Shown one piece after another: positions 48,201 to 56,247 of a stretch of 64,000 bases of DNA. This DNA comes from Candidatus Babeliales bacterium (GTDB taxonomy: Bacteria; Babelota; Babeliae; Babelales; JACPOV01): assembly GCA_050250855.1 (NCBI GenBank), contig JBFWNW010000004.1:154002-218001 (forward strand). The letters run 5' to 3'. Numbering within the stretch: position 1 is the first letter of the stretch; each line of letters begins with the position of its first letter. The position numbers were made by a program, and so were the translations under genes. Under the pieces are notes generated by a model, which was given only the letters and a program-made list of their open reading frames with translations, was not told the DNA's origin and searched no databases.

Positions 48201-49128
48201 TTCATCATTAGCGTATGATATGCATCATCTTAAATGTGACGCTTTAGGACTTCATGAAGGGCTGCGCGATGCAGGTTTAAAACAACTGGTGCAAAAGAAA
48301 AATATTTATGCAGCGATTGATCTTGTAGCATCATCTGCGCAAAAGGATGAACAGCAAGCGGCAGAGTATTTTAAGCAAGCAATTACCTTGATAGGGGAAA
48401 ATAATTATCCGGTACATTATTCTTCGCGGCATAAAAAGATTCTTGCTGACTTTGCATTTAATTCAAAAGATCCTGAGGTTAAGTTGTTTTTTTTACGCTT
48501 TGAGCCGCTTGATCATGGTCCAGAATTAAAAAAGACGCAAGAAGAGCTTCAGTTGATTTACCAATATAAAGAAAGAAAAGATAGTATAGAAAAAAGTCTT
48601 GAGCCTGACTTTCCATATTCAATTGCTTTATTAAAAGTGTTGAGAAGTTGGTATGCTCCTCATCAGCTATCAAAGCAAGAGTATGTACCGCATGTAGAGA
48701 AGCATATTCTTATGTTGCAAGAGTGTTGCAAAAAACAGGATGTGCGTGGTAATTTTGGTACTAAAAATCTAGAGCATGTGGTTGATAATATTGTTGCAGA
48801 TATTATGATAGATTTAGACATTGACAACGTAAAAAAGGAAGAGCTTTTGGATGGTTTGTCAAAAGAAAGCTTTATTCCTGATAATGCCAAAAATTTTATA
48901 ACTATATTTAAATTATATATAGGTCTTATGAATCGTAAAAAAGGAACAGGCGCTATTCTTGACACTATTAATAAAATTACTAAAGAAGATTGTGTATCTT
49001 TTCCAAGGTTCAAAAGAAACCTAAAAGAAGTAGGTACATCTTTAATGGAAGTATTTTTAAAGGCTAATTTGCAAAAGCAATATCGCTTGAAGCTAGAAGA
49101 GGCTTTGAAAGAAAAGGGTATTTTATAA
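42280..49128 (+). CDS. Very large secreted alpha-helical protein with degenerate Sel1/TPR-like repeats
   Basis: Signal peptide; LAQWYAQGNAQVTQDKKKALKYYKK, GMILGFGVE and GFMEYCGLGCQQDKVQG Sel1-like segments; low-complexity linker at ~aa 245-410. Confidence 0.75.
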   Translation: MKKYLLFFLACSFSFVVGSEKPNTLTEEELNELYEGHDDTRQVQEALKLITKSSEELHVLKQSLFPDIPKIQQASKDLSAGIQQLEVLAKDKDSQTFALLYAGIWREKMALDAKNQEDQAFNVDMAKNFYDKCHHPEAKVRRAFLNLAQENIDDAANDFGDSIAREVGYEEGSEIYFHEPAFGMLQQLQNPILNASVADALYNFGLERYGKSDKKNAKIYFKKAVQCFDHRKSQEFLSSMKFPAAASTENTQQPVATKSEKNERAPATLKQLGLESNSGEGEASDILSLLKPKNDAAPEPTEFSTIQQTPIQEQSTPQAISLDTIFSDNQCDQLNSPAAQGAKSLDEIENSSGSTSLSPEEDTQGQEVQTSPMTDSANKKTKKATKKKNQQISQTDPDSKEENKKEEEKDPLQLLAQSKYEEALQCFQKKKGSLASEKLDEFYAKVGAALNASQKKNQQQIPVQDLIEVLTKETESLKALSVLGDYWLNNGQKVSSKKSFDVTKTLLEKADSEKNNKYKEEARKRLSALKQKGYLQAQVISLDPNIFGFQQALSALNDISSINADVLDQENSGLHKLIEYVKTQDAGLQIKVIDAILKTKETKRKFFTTAVQMCQDLADAHNQEAQILLLTYRASDQEMHPQFFDLYKHGSPELKSKAAELLVKNSSLRAKMGPSLGLDELEKFAQAQENPESFLRKNKDPYSFLVLAQWYAQGNAQVTQDKKKALKYYKKVINTTANIELKKNGVEQLKLLAGEYKEARKPLLDILYNNKEYDSFVEQCFAFFSELKQGSFLKFFEQQGRYNKLQELSKTSSKAQFLLGFAEYDKSLLQKDELQRLLMQQSSLHNILASHDILKSSLQPDHAEAFKKYCLQYVSNLGHMLTLTSQGSTFKDDYKKLACIAAENYGDDQGYFTCGMHWLDSKEHFLDGLEFLKKSPYGFFLIADRYIQEKKYFNTVWKELNKENSPAVSFDVYLKKELDLLMEEPFYKGNPLALIFYLRDSSRLAGQTTIDWQNVKAHASFFDNEDKSDYARALACCAEGMILGFGVERQGVEGLQNLKPAQECFKKSYEFFKKILQSSNNSIAVDMLPCIEGLLGVYEYAENENSADAKEKIKKFFEYYKNHNNYLSSIVFLDFCEIINDWLKKGKTDCDNNFFIMDSLFDLYAGKKTNLLATKSVAWFVRSLENSLLFMQAKSPTARKEYMKHFTSKYKRLKDLTASHSSHDTLLESHLFRSYLLAAQLGQPLLGKDFNKKEYLKKAFFGMKDFYEKSDDKKSISELGTCFNALLLECQKDQKDTATLDEFYKFLLQEERASFFDQLPKDSLLVYLLTDFDVKQQKSGNLVDQLESLVETHNNPFAALALSDHMKNKDSKQAMTYLEKAISVGETMEDYQNCLYIWQNLGSHSNAWLSTLFSDNELGDKAKLLQARYFRGIALFNPAFAKVKEVYIKQAHDLLQELIDEKSIFEKQAKCLMIRSSEKVVGGAQGNFLIEGINTLIENTRAHAIKNPQGEQSPVLESYMSQLKTLGEQVAAQSPLVDPSKVTSKMLFGDKDENQLVDPQTMVNSLFGDEPDFNVLSQKAFLNDDIQTSLFLALRAHQQGNNNGMLTFLAARFLDAQDDECVKEGVRLFKECVKNTQSSNPLFLKLADVYIYDPKAAMENGIALDDLMTYLKHEFKDPVLEFHRQRLQRALENKGPLSDSFDQELETKFDHDNPRVILAQGLRFKLNRDFEKAYSKFSSIKNSKETCFQAYGLQGFMEYCGLGCQQDKVQGLQKMRECLLRSVDVLGPCNATDFDTIEIMNSIHTVLLEAAKTDIDAYIVHMDYEIKFYSSNRGTAFGKTVLGEFKEGLERIYMAEDSQRELRMKEYKRLYEELEKIYPHPEQLHATIRPFLQRAILEKKSFFGMNEEETKFASFESSLKEAADLPFDSKSPVFSRVCLIFSQLKEAFKMNNDKEKMNKLLNAMTPFKEKINPSSSLAYDMHHLKCDALGLHEGLRDAGLKQLVQKKNIYAAIDLVASSAQKDEQQAAEYFKQAITLIGENNYPVHYSSRHKKILADFAFNSKDPEVKLFFLRFEPLDHGPELKKTQEELQLIYQYKERKDSIEKSLEPDFPYSIALLKVLRSWYAPHQLSKQEYVPHVEKHILMLQECCKKQDVRGNFGTKNLEHVVDNIVADIMIDLDIDNVKKEELLDGLSKESFIPDNAKNFITIFKLYIGLMNRKKGTGAILDTINKITKEDCVSFPRFKRNLKEVGTSLMEVFLKANLQKQYRLKLEEALKEKGIL

Positions 49129-49149
49129 AAATTATACAGAAGCTTGATT

Positions 49150-50343
49150 ATGAAACAGTATAACAATGATTTTCCCTTATTAAAGGTGCATAAAGATCTT
49201 ATTTTTTTTGACAATGCAGCAACAAGCCAAAAGCCACAGGTTGTTATTGATGCAGTAACTGATTTTTATACACAATACAATGCGCCAATCAAGCGCGGTT
49301 TGTATAGATTAGCAGAGCAAGCAACGGAGCATTTTGAACGTGCTCGTGCTTGTGTTGCTCAGTATATTAATGCAGCGCCAGAAGAAATTATCTTCACTTC
49401 AGGAGCTACAGAAAGTATTAATTTTATTGCAGCAACGTGGGCTTTGCAGCAGCTAAAAAAAGGCGATGAAATAGTGCTCACTGAACTTGAGCATCATTCT
49501 AACTTAATTCCTTGGCAAGAATGTGCACAAAAAACTGGTGCTGTAATAAAATTTATTCCGGTAACCAAAGATGGCATGTTGGATATTACTTCCCTTGATA
49601 CGCTTATTACAAAAAAAACAAAATTAGTTTCTTTTTTAGATGTTTCCAATGCAATTGGTACGCATCTTCCGGTGCATGCATTAGTTGCGCGTGCACGAGA
49701 AGTTGGTGCAAAAATTTTTATTGACGCATGCCAATCGGTGCCACATCAAAGAATAGATGTGCATCACTATGATTGTGATTTTTTAGCATTTTCTGGCCAT
49801 AAAATGCTTGGGCCAACCGGTATTGGTATTTTATACATAAAAAAAGAAATCCAACATGAAGTGCCACCATACCAATTTGGTGGGGGTATGATTTTTCAGG
49901 CTGGGTACCAAGAAGCAACCTATTTAAAGCCGCCCTATTGCTATCAGGCAGGTACGCCGCCCGTAGCGCAAGCTATAGGTTTGCAAGCAGCTATAGATTA
50001 TCTGCAAACGTTAGATTTTCAAGCGTTAAAAAAACATGAAGCTGGCTTGTGTGTCCGTTTGATAGATGGTTTGCAGGGAATCCCAGGTATACGAGTTTTA
50101 GGGCCGGTAGAACAGCTTAAAAAAGAAGGCCATTTGGTGAGCTTTGTCCATAATACCTACCACTTTCATGATATAGCAGCCTATCTTGATACTAAAAATA
50201 TCTGTGTTCGCGCGGGGCATTACTGTGCGCAACCCTTGGCTACCAAGCTTGGTATAGATGGTTCAGTACGGGTGAGCTTTTACCTGTACAACAGCTTAGA
50301 GCAGGTTGATGCGCTCCTGGAGGCTCTGGAGAGCCTTTCTTGA
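49150..50343 (+). CDS. sufS: Cysteine desulfurase SufS
   Basis: DNAATSQKP, EHHSN, SGHKM (PLP Lys) and RAGHYCAQP motifs. Confidence 0.95.
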   Translation: MKQYNNDFPLLKVHKDLIFFDNAATSQKPQVVIDAVTDFYTQYNAPIKRGLYRLAEQATEHFERARACVAQYINAAPEEIIFTSGATESINFIAATWALQQLKKGDEIVLTELEHHSNLIPWQECAQKTGAVIKFIPVTKDGMLDITSLDTLITKKTKLVSFLDVSNAIGTHLPVHALVARAREVGAKIFIDACQSVPHQRIDVHHYDCDFLAFSGHKMLGPTGIGILYIKKEIQHEVPPYQFGGGMIFQAGYQEATYLKPPYCYQAGTPPVAQAIGLQAAIDYLQTLDFQALKKHEAGLCVRLIDGLQGIPGIRVLGPVEQLKKEGHLVSFVHNTYHFHDIAAYLDTKNICVRAGHYCAQPLATKLGIDGSVRVSFYLYNSLEQVDALLEALESLS

Positions 50344-50354
50344 CTCCACCCCTT

Positions 50355-50383
50355 TTGACAGTTCATGCCATTGGTGCTATTCT
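50355..50383 (+). promoter_or_regulatory. Putative sigma70 promoter
   Basis: TTGACA-17 nt-TATTCT with an extended -10 TG. Confidence 0.65.
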
Positions 50384-50423
50384 CATAGTATAAATTAAAA
50401 TACCTTTAATGGAGGTTTATTTT

Positions 50424-51269
50424 ATGATAGCACATAAAAAGTCAAAATTAGTACATTCTTTTTTTCTAGCATTCCTTATTATAGGCTCGTCTACCAATTC
50501 ATTTGGTATGGACTACCTGAAATCAATCTTTGTTCCTTCTTTGGAAACCGTTAAGCGTCAGGCATTATTTTGCTTGGGAATGGCAACCTTATCTGAAATT
50601 GCACCAGAAAAACCTAAAAAAGCGGATTTTTTAGAAAGAATAGCTCAAAAAACTGCATTCGATACCCTAAATGCTGTTTCACGTGGATCGCTTGAAGCGA
50701 TAAGCGGTACATGGCAGGATACATTGTATGCTAAAAAAGATACAGGTGTAGAGCAAGAATTAGTTATAAAAATTAAAGAAATTGCTAAAACTATGGATAT
50801 TGCTGATGCAGATCAATTAAAAATAAAAGCCCTTTCAGATGTTGGTGCGCATCGCGCTGCGTATAAATATCATTTTTATTATATTTGTCCGACCAATAAA
50901 ACGATATATATTCATAAATATTTTTATGGTCAACCAAATCAAGAGCAGTTAATACGAGAAGCTTTGTATCATTACAAAAATGCTACCTATTCTAAAGTAA
51001 CGGCGTGGAACTATGTTAATACCAGTTTAACGGTATTTGCTACACCGCTGATTATGAATTATCTGACAGAGAGCCTTGCAGATACTACCGTAAATTCTCA
51101 AGAATCATGGACTACCTACTTTGCAAAAAAAGCATTGTATGGCTTGGGATATGTTGCCATGCATTATATGGTACAAGGATTGCTTGATGCTCCAAAGAAT
51201 AAATATGTTGAGCACGTGGCATCATATGCCGGTGATAGTGTTAAATCTGGTGGTCGTACCAAAGAATAA
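50424..51269 (+). CDS. Hypothetical exported/membrane protein
   Basis: GGAGG RBS before ATG 50424; signal peptide; two late hydrophobic segments. Confidence 0.65.
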   Translation: MIAHKKSKLVHSFFLAFLIIGSSTNSFGMDYLKSIFVPSLETVKRQALFCLGMATLSEIAPEKPKKADFLERIAQKTAFDTLNAVSRGSLEAISGTWQDTLYAKKDTGVEQELVIKIKEIAKTMDIADADQLKIKALSDVGAHRAAYKYHFYYICPTNKTIYIHKYFYGQPNQEQLIREALYHYKNATYSKVTAWNYVNTSLTVFATPLIMNYLTESLADTTVNSQESWTTYFAKKALYGLGYVAMHYMVQGLLDAPKNKYVEHVASYAGDSVKSGGRTKE

Positions 51270-51312
51270 AAGCCAAAAATATCCGCTCTAGCGTAAATTT
51301 TATCTAAGAATT

Positions 51313-51358
51313 CCATTCGTGCTGATAAGTTAGGCGTAGTTTTTTAACGAAGCCTGAA
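51313..51358. repeat. Remnant hybrid of palindromic families 1 and 2
   Basis: CCATTCGTGCTGA (family-1 arm) followed by TAGGCGTAGTTTTTTAACGAAGCCTG (family-2 hairpin). Confidence 0.55.
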
Positions 51359-51492
51359 TGTCTCTTGCCACCGAAATTATCGTCTTGATTTTTACTCAAA
51401 TCATTGATTTTAAAGGGTTTTTTCTGCTACCTTTAGAAAAAGAAGGGGTATTGTAGAACCCAATTTAAGGTTTAAAACAAAAAGGATACATA

Positions 51493-52152
51493 ATGAAAAG
51501 AAGAATAATAGCTCCAATGGCTCTAGCTATGAGCATGCTGTTAGTTTATAAAACTGGTTTCGCGGCTCAGGAAAAAACGCATTTTAAATCTACTGAAATG
51601 CAACCTAAATTGATTAAACTAATCCAAAATCCACAACCAATTCTAGGAAATGCACAACAGCAAGCTGATGCTCTAAAATATTTCTATTTTGCTAAAGAAG
51701 ACATGAGTAAGCAGAAGAATGTCGCAACACTAAGCGAAATGATCAAATATTATAATGAGACCGAACTAAAGAAAGAAAAACCTGAGGGATTAGTTAAAGT
51801 ACTCTTAGATCTTATGCCCCTTAAAAGTGTGTATGGTTATTTAGGTGCCTACAACTTTAAAAATGCTTCAAATAAAGAGGCAACCTTAAAAATATTCAAA
51901 ATAGGCACTGATCTAGGCACCAAAGGATTAGAGCTAAAAATACCAGCAGGGGAGGTCGCCGTAGTTTACATTTATGGTGGTTTCTTTGATCAAAATGGGC
52001 ACGATAAAGATTGGGCTTTTAATTTTGGGTCAGATGCAAAAGATTTGAATGTAAAACATCCTCTCGTGGAAGGTGAGAAGCATATAAAATATGATCAATC
52101 TGGTGTTTACTCGAGAGAAAAAGGGTTAGCTGACTACTATAAAATTGATTAA
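51493..52152 (+). CDS. Hypothetical secreted protein
   Basis: AAGGA RBS, signal peptide ending GFA, own terminator. Confidence 0.7.
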   Translation: MKRRIIAPMALAMSMLLVYKTGFAAQEKTHFKSTEMQPKLIKLIQNPQPILGNAQQQADALKYFYFAKEDMSKQKNVATLSEMIKYYNETELKKEKPEGLVKVLLDLMPLKSVYGYLGAYNFKNASNKEATLKIFKIGTDLGTKGLELKIPAGEVAVVYIYGGFFDQNGHDKDWAFNFGSDAKDLNVKHPLVEGEKHIKYDQSGVYSREKGLADYYKID

Positions 52153-52170
52153 GCACTATTCAATTTTTCT

Positions 52171-52210
52171 GGTGAACTAGGTGCTTGTACCTAGTTCACC
52201 GTTTTTCTTT
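52171..52210 (+). terminator. Rho-independent terminator
   Basis: GGTGAACTAGGT/ACCTAGTTCACC perfect 12-bp stem followed by a T-rich tract. Confidence 0.85.
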
Positions 52211-52295
52211 AAAAATATTTCCTTGCCTTTTTTCCAAAAGCTGATGAACTTGGAGAAAAGGAGTTTTTCAACGTACATAAGTAGGAAATTAATTT

Positions 52296-52970
52296 ATGAA
52301 TGCAGTTCAAAAACGTTTTTTAATAGGTTTTTCATTATTATTGCTGGTTTTAGTAGTACGCTTTAGTGGTATTCATCATTATATAACGCTAGAACGTATA
52401 AAAGAACAGAGTCATATTTTAGAATATTATATTCAAAGGGCATATCTGCCGTCTGTTTTCATGTACATTGGTATTCTTGCTGCATTAGTTGCTTGTGCAA
52501 TTCCCGTTTCTTTTTTGCTCACGATAGCAAGCGGCTATTTTTTTGGCGCTATTCCTGGTGCATGTTATTCCATTATTGGCTCAACCCTGGGCGCGACTAT
52601 TTCATTCTTTGTTTTTCGTTATCTTTTACGGGCTTCGGTACAGAAAAAATATGGTCACTTGCTTGAAAAATTTAATCAAGAATTTAAAAAAAGAGGAGCG
52701 AGTTATCTTCTTTTTTTACAGCTGCTACCAGTAACGCCCTATGGCGTTATTATTGTTATTTCAAGTCTTTCTGCGCTTTCGTGGTGGGTTTTTGTCTGGA
52801 CAACGGCGATCGGTATTGCCCCAGGTTCCTTTATTTTTGCATTTGCAGGACGCCAGTTTATGTCGCTGAGTTCAACAGCAGATGTTCTTTCCTGGCCGGT
52901 TTTGCTTTCATTGTTGATGCTTGCCCTTTTTGCGTTGCTTCCTTTAATTGTTGATCGTTTTAAGCGATAA
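52296..52970 (+). CDS. TVP38/TMEM64 (VTT/DedA superfamily) membrane protein
   Basis: SGYFFG, GSTLGATISF, LQLLPVTPY and TAIGIAPG motifs. Confidence 0.88.
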   Translation: MNAVQKRFLIGFSLLLLVLVVRFSGIHHYITLERIKEQSHILEYYIQRAYLPSVFMYIGILAALVACAIPVSFLLTIASGYFFGAIPGACYSIIGSTLGATISFFVFRYLLRASVQKKYGHLLEKFNQEFKKRGASYLLFLQLLPVTPYGVIIVISSLSALSWWVFVWTTAIGIAPGSFIFAFAGRQFMSLSSTADVLSWPVLLSLLMLALFALLPLIVDRFKR

Positions 52971-52980
52971 AGGTTTGCTC

Positions 52981-53754
52981 ATGAATCAGCGCATAAAATC
53001 TATAGTGGCAACACTGTTGCTTGTTGCAGTAGGGGCTGCTTTTTATTATTTAAAACTTGGCGATTATATTAATATTTCTTACGTACATAGTAATATGGCA
53101 CTATTGCAAACCTATATAGCTCGTAACTATATGCAGTCGGTGATTTGTTATATGGGAGCCTTTATAGGTGCAACAGCATGCGCTATTCCCGGCTCTTCAA
53201 TATTTACCATTGCAGGGGGTTTATTATTCGGCTGGCCAGGACTTATCTATGCAGTGTGCGCAGCAAGCATAGGCTCTTTACTTCTTTTTTTTGCATGCCG
53301 ATATTTTATTGGTAGTTGGGTGCAGCATAAATATGCGCGCCATCTTGCAAAATTTAATAAAGAAATTTCATTACATGGCCACTATTATCTTTTATTAGTA
53401 CGTTTAATAGCAGTATTACCGTTTGGTTTAGTAACCATGCTTTCAGGTCTCACGCTTATTTCTATTTCTATGTTTTTAGGAGCTACTTTTTTAGGTCTTA
53501 TTCCGGTTTCTACGGCCTATGTTTTTGTTGGTAGACGCTTGCAACATCTTGCGTCTCCTGAAGATCTTTCTCAGCCTTTTATCTTTTTTATTATTTTTAA
53601 GATTGCTTTAGCTCCCGCTGTTTTTAAGATTGTTAAGCGCGCTGTACGCTTGATACGTCCAAAAAAAGAGCAGATCAAGCCGGTATATAAAGATGAAGAG
53701 ATACTACAACAGGTACCTAAACAAGAAAAAAGGTATCTTATCGAAGATTCTTAA
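52981..53754 (+). CDS. TVP38/TMEM64 (VTT/DedA superfamily) membrane protein, tandem paralog
   Basis: AIPGSSIFTIAGGLLFG, RLIAVLPF and ATFLGLIP motifs. Confidence 0.88.
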   Translation: MNQRIKSIVATLLLVAVGAAFYYLKLGDYINISYVHSNMALLQTYIARNYMQSVICYMGAFIGATACAIPGSSIFTIAGGLLFGWPGLIYAVCAASIGSLLLFFACRYFIGSWVQHKYARHLAKFNKEISLHGHYYLLLVRLIAVLPFGLVTMLSGLTLISISMFLGATFLGLIPVSTAYVFVGRRLQHLASPEDLSQPFIFFIIFKIALAPAVFKIVKRAVRLIRPKKEQIKPVYKDEEILQQVPKQEKRYLIEDS

Positions 53755-54530
53755 GATTTTAAATAGGTATCAATTCTATTGAGCCAGCCGGGTAGCCAGC
53801 GAGCTTCGTTACGTTTTTGAGGAGCATTTTGTACGCGCGTTGTTAAAATTTGTTTTGCAACGGTGCAAAATTCTGCAAGAGCAGTTTCTGAGCTTGTTCC
53901 TTTCATTGTTTGCAGTACATGGAAAAGTCCCCAGCCATGATTATTATACTGTTCGCGTGGGTTAAAACCTACCCCTTTAAAATTTGCATAATCAATAAGA
54001 GCGTAAATGCCGTTAGGATTTTTTGCTACACGATAAAACTGCTTTTTTATATGATCAAAGGTAGCTTTTGGTAGCTCTTTTTGTTTTTTTTCTAAGTGAT
54101 CGGCAAGATTTTTTATAATAAATTCTGTTTGCAGATTTACCGTTGTTGCAAGCAGCGTGCGTAGTTCTTGCATTTTTACTGAGCGATGCGCTGCAATAAA
54201 TTCTTGCCGCGTATGCCAAGGGCATGTTTTTGTTTTTGCAAGCCATGCAGGAACGGGAGCTTTTTTTGTTTGCAAAAATGTTACTAAAGAAGGAAAGGTT
54301 TCCTGAAACAGGCGAGGTTTTTTGGTGGCAGGATACCAGATAAAGTGGCCTATTCCTAATGATGCAAATTCTTCTCCATCATTCCAATGAGTAAGGCCAT
54401 CAATAGTACCTTTGCATTCATTATGCCAAATTTTTTTACCTATAGTTTGAATAGAAGAAGGGTTAATAATAAGTGCTTGCGCAGTAAGTGAATCTGCTAT
54501 GAGTAAGAGTAAACATATTTTTTTGTGCAT
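53751..54530 (-). CDS. Secreted hypothetical protein, possibly lysozyme-like
   Basis: Signal peptide; IWHNE, SLGIGHF and C-terminal GWLNRI. Confidence 0.6.
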   Translation of the reverse strand: MHKKICLLLLIADSLTAQALIINPSSIQTIGKKIWHNECKGTIDGLTHWNDGEEFASLGIGHFIWYPATKKPRLFQETFPSLVTFLQTKKAPVPAWLAKTKTCPWHTRQEFIAAHRSVKMQELRTLLATTVNLQTEFIIKNLADHLEKKQKELPKATFDHIKKQFYRVAKNPNGIYALIDYANFKGVGFNPREQYNNHGWGLFHVLQTMKGTSSETALAEFCTVAKQILTTRVQNAPQKRNEARWLPGWLNRIDTYLKS

Positions 54531-54595
54531 AAAGAATTCCTATTTTTTTTACTGTAAAAAATGAGGAACCTCTTTGTAAAGAAAAAGAAGATGAT

Positions 54596-55444
54596 TTATA
54601 CAATCCCCAATGCATGGAGCTCTTTTTTGACCGCTTTAATATTCAGATCTTTGCAATGAATACCATGCATACCGCAGTCTTGTGCAGTTTGTACGTTGCA
54701 TGGTGTATCATCAATAAAAGCGACAATTTCTTTTTCTGGATCTACGTTATGCGTACTGCATAAATATTCATATAGTGCTGGGTCTGGTTTCATCATGCCA
54801 GCATCACCAGAAACAACAACACCTGAACAATACTTAAATAATGAGCGTAATGATTTATGCTTTTTTTTCATGAGCTCAAATGATTGAGAATCCCAGTTGG
54901 TCAAAATAAAGACGCGATTTTTATTGCCTTCTTTATCAAGTGATTTTGCGCATTTTTTTGCTAATTTTACCGCGTCTTTGACGGGGTACATGCCCTTAAT
55001 CATTTTTTTAGGGGTGAACATAAATTCATATAATGCTATGTAAAGATCTTTTTGGCTTGAGCTTGAGAAAAAATCTTTATGTGCTTCAAAGCCTTCGGCA
55101 ATTTTTTTTAAAATATCATCTTGGCTTATCAGTCCACATTGCCAATCGCACATTAATTGTGGTAATAGTTTCCCCTCATGAAAAGCTTTGGGAGTTTCTT
55201 CTTTGCGTGGCTCCACACGATCAAGGAAATCGAATAGTTTGCCTTTTAAACCTTTAAGGGCAGAAGGGTTATCATACATCCAGAAAAATTTTGAAAAACC
55301 GATGTGATAGGTTTGCCAGAAGCGGCTTTGGGTTACTAAAACCCCATCCATATCAAAAATAACCGTTGCAGGATTAAGCGTCAGGCTCCAAACCATGAGA
55401 GAAAGTGCGATACTGTTTTTAGCTAATTTTCTGAAGGAATTCAT
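54596..55444 (-). CDS. HAD-superfamily hydrolase/phosphatase
   Basis: FDMDGVL, LTN, KPDP and FIDD motifs; N-terminal hydrophobic leader. Confidence 0.9.
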   Translation of the reverse strand: MNSFRKLAKNSIALSLMVWSLTLNPATVIFDMDGVLVTQSRFWQTYHIGFSKFFWMYDNPSALKGLKGKLFDFLDRVEPRKEETPKAFHEGKLLPQLMCDWQCGLISQDDILKKIAEGFEAHKDFFSSSSQKDLYIALYEFMFTPKKMIKGMYPVKDAVKLAKKCAKSLDKEGNKNRVFILTNWDSQSFELMKKKHKSLRSLFKYCSGVVVSGDAGMMKPDPALYEYLCSTHNVDPEKEIVAFIDDTPCNVQTAQDCGMHGIHCKDLNIKAVKKELHALGIV

Positions 55445-55854
55445 ACCCGAGCCCTTTATAGTAACAAAATTATCTTACTATCCAGGGTATCATAATCAAA
55501 AGAGGAGGCAACTGGGTAGGCATTAAGGGCTTGCCAATGGCTGATTTTGGGCTATACTGCTGAAGTATAAATTTGAAAAAGAATATTATTGTGAAGAGCG
55601 GGCATAATGAAAGAATTCAGCGCGTTTTTGCTGGGAGTTTTTAGAGATGGTACTTCCTGTTTGGCACAGGTAAGCCAATAAAATGAGGGAAATAAGTTTG
55701 CAAATAAGTAACAGCGAATTTTCTTTGTCCATGCCATGCTCCTTTTTTAAAACAGCAACTAAAATATTACAATTTGATTATAATATTATTAAATATGCTT
55801 TTTCTACTGTTTTTAAAAATAATTTAAAATTTTATCACAAAAAATGGGCTTTCT

Positions 55855-56247
55855 ATGAGACCGATGCTTAATCTCTACCGAGAAATACTGATGGATCATT
55901 ATCGCCACCCGCGCAACAAGGGGCGCCTTTCAGAGCCCAGTTTTAGTTCTGCAGAGCATAATCCCTCATGTGGGGACAGCGTCCTTTTTGATGGTAAAGT
56001 GGTTGATGACGTTTTGACCCAAGTTTCTTTTGAAGGGAAGGGTTGTGTAATAAGCCAGGCAACTGCTTCACTTCTAACTCAGACTGTACAGGGTAAAAAG
56101 CTTGAGGAGATTTTGGGCTTAGATAAAGAAGCGGTACTTGCATTGGTTGGCATGGATTTAGGGCCAACGCGTCTTGGGTGTGCATTGTTGCCATTGCAGG
56201 CATTGCAGCAGGGCGTTCGAATGTATCAAAAGGAGCAGTATGCTTGA
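55855..56247 (+). CDS. sufU: SUF system NifU-family scaffold/sulfur-transfer protein SufU
   Basis: YREILMDHYRHPRN, NPSCGD, GCVISQA and RLGCALL motifs. Confidence 0.92.
   Translation: MRPMLNLYREILMDHYRHPRNKGRLSEPSFSSAEHNPSCGDSVLFDGKVVDDVLTQVSFEGKGCVISQATASLLTQTVQGKKLEEILGLDKEAVLALVGMDLGPTRLGCALLPLQALQQGVRMYQKEQYA

Noticed and set aside
50424..51269. M48-like metalloprotease
   Set aside because: The position where HExxH might be expected reads REALYH, which is not enough to assign the family.
55531..55871. Promoter-like TTGCCA-16-TATACT followed by a 24-codon ORF (55607-55681) and a 62-codon ORF
   Set aside because: No recognisable motif and weak RBS; cannot distinguish a small protein or pseudogene from a long 5' UTR of sufU.
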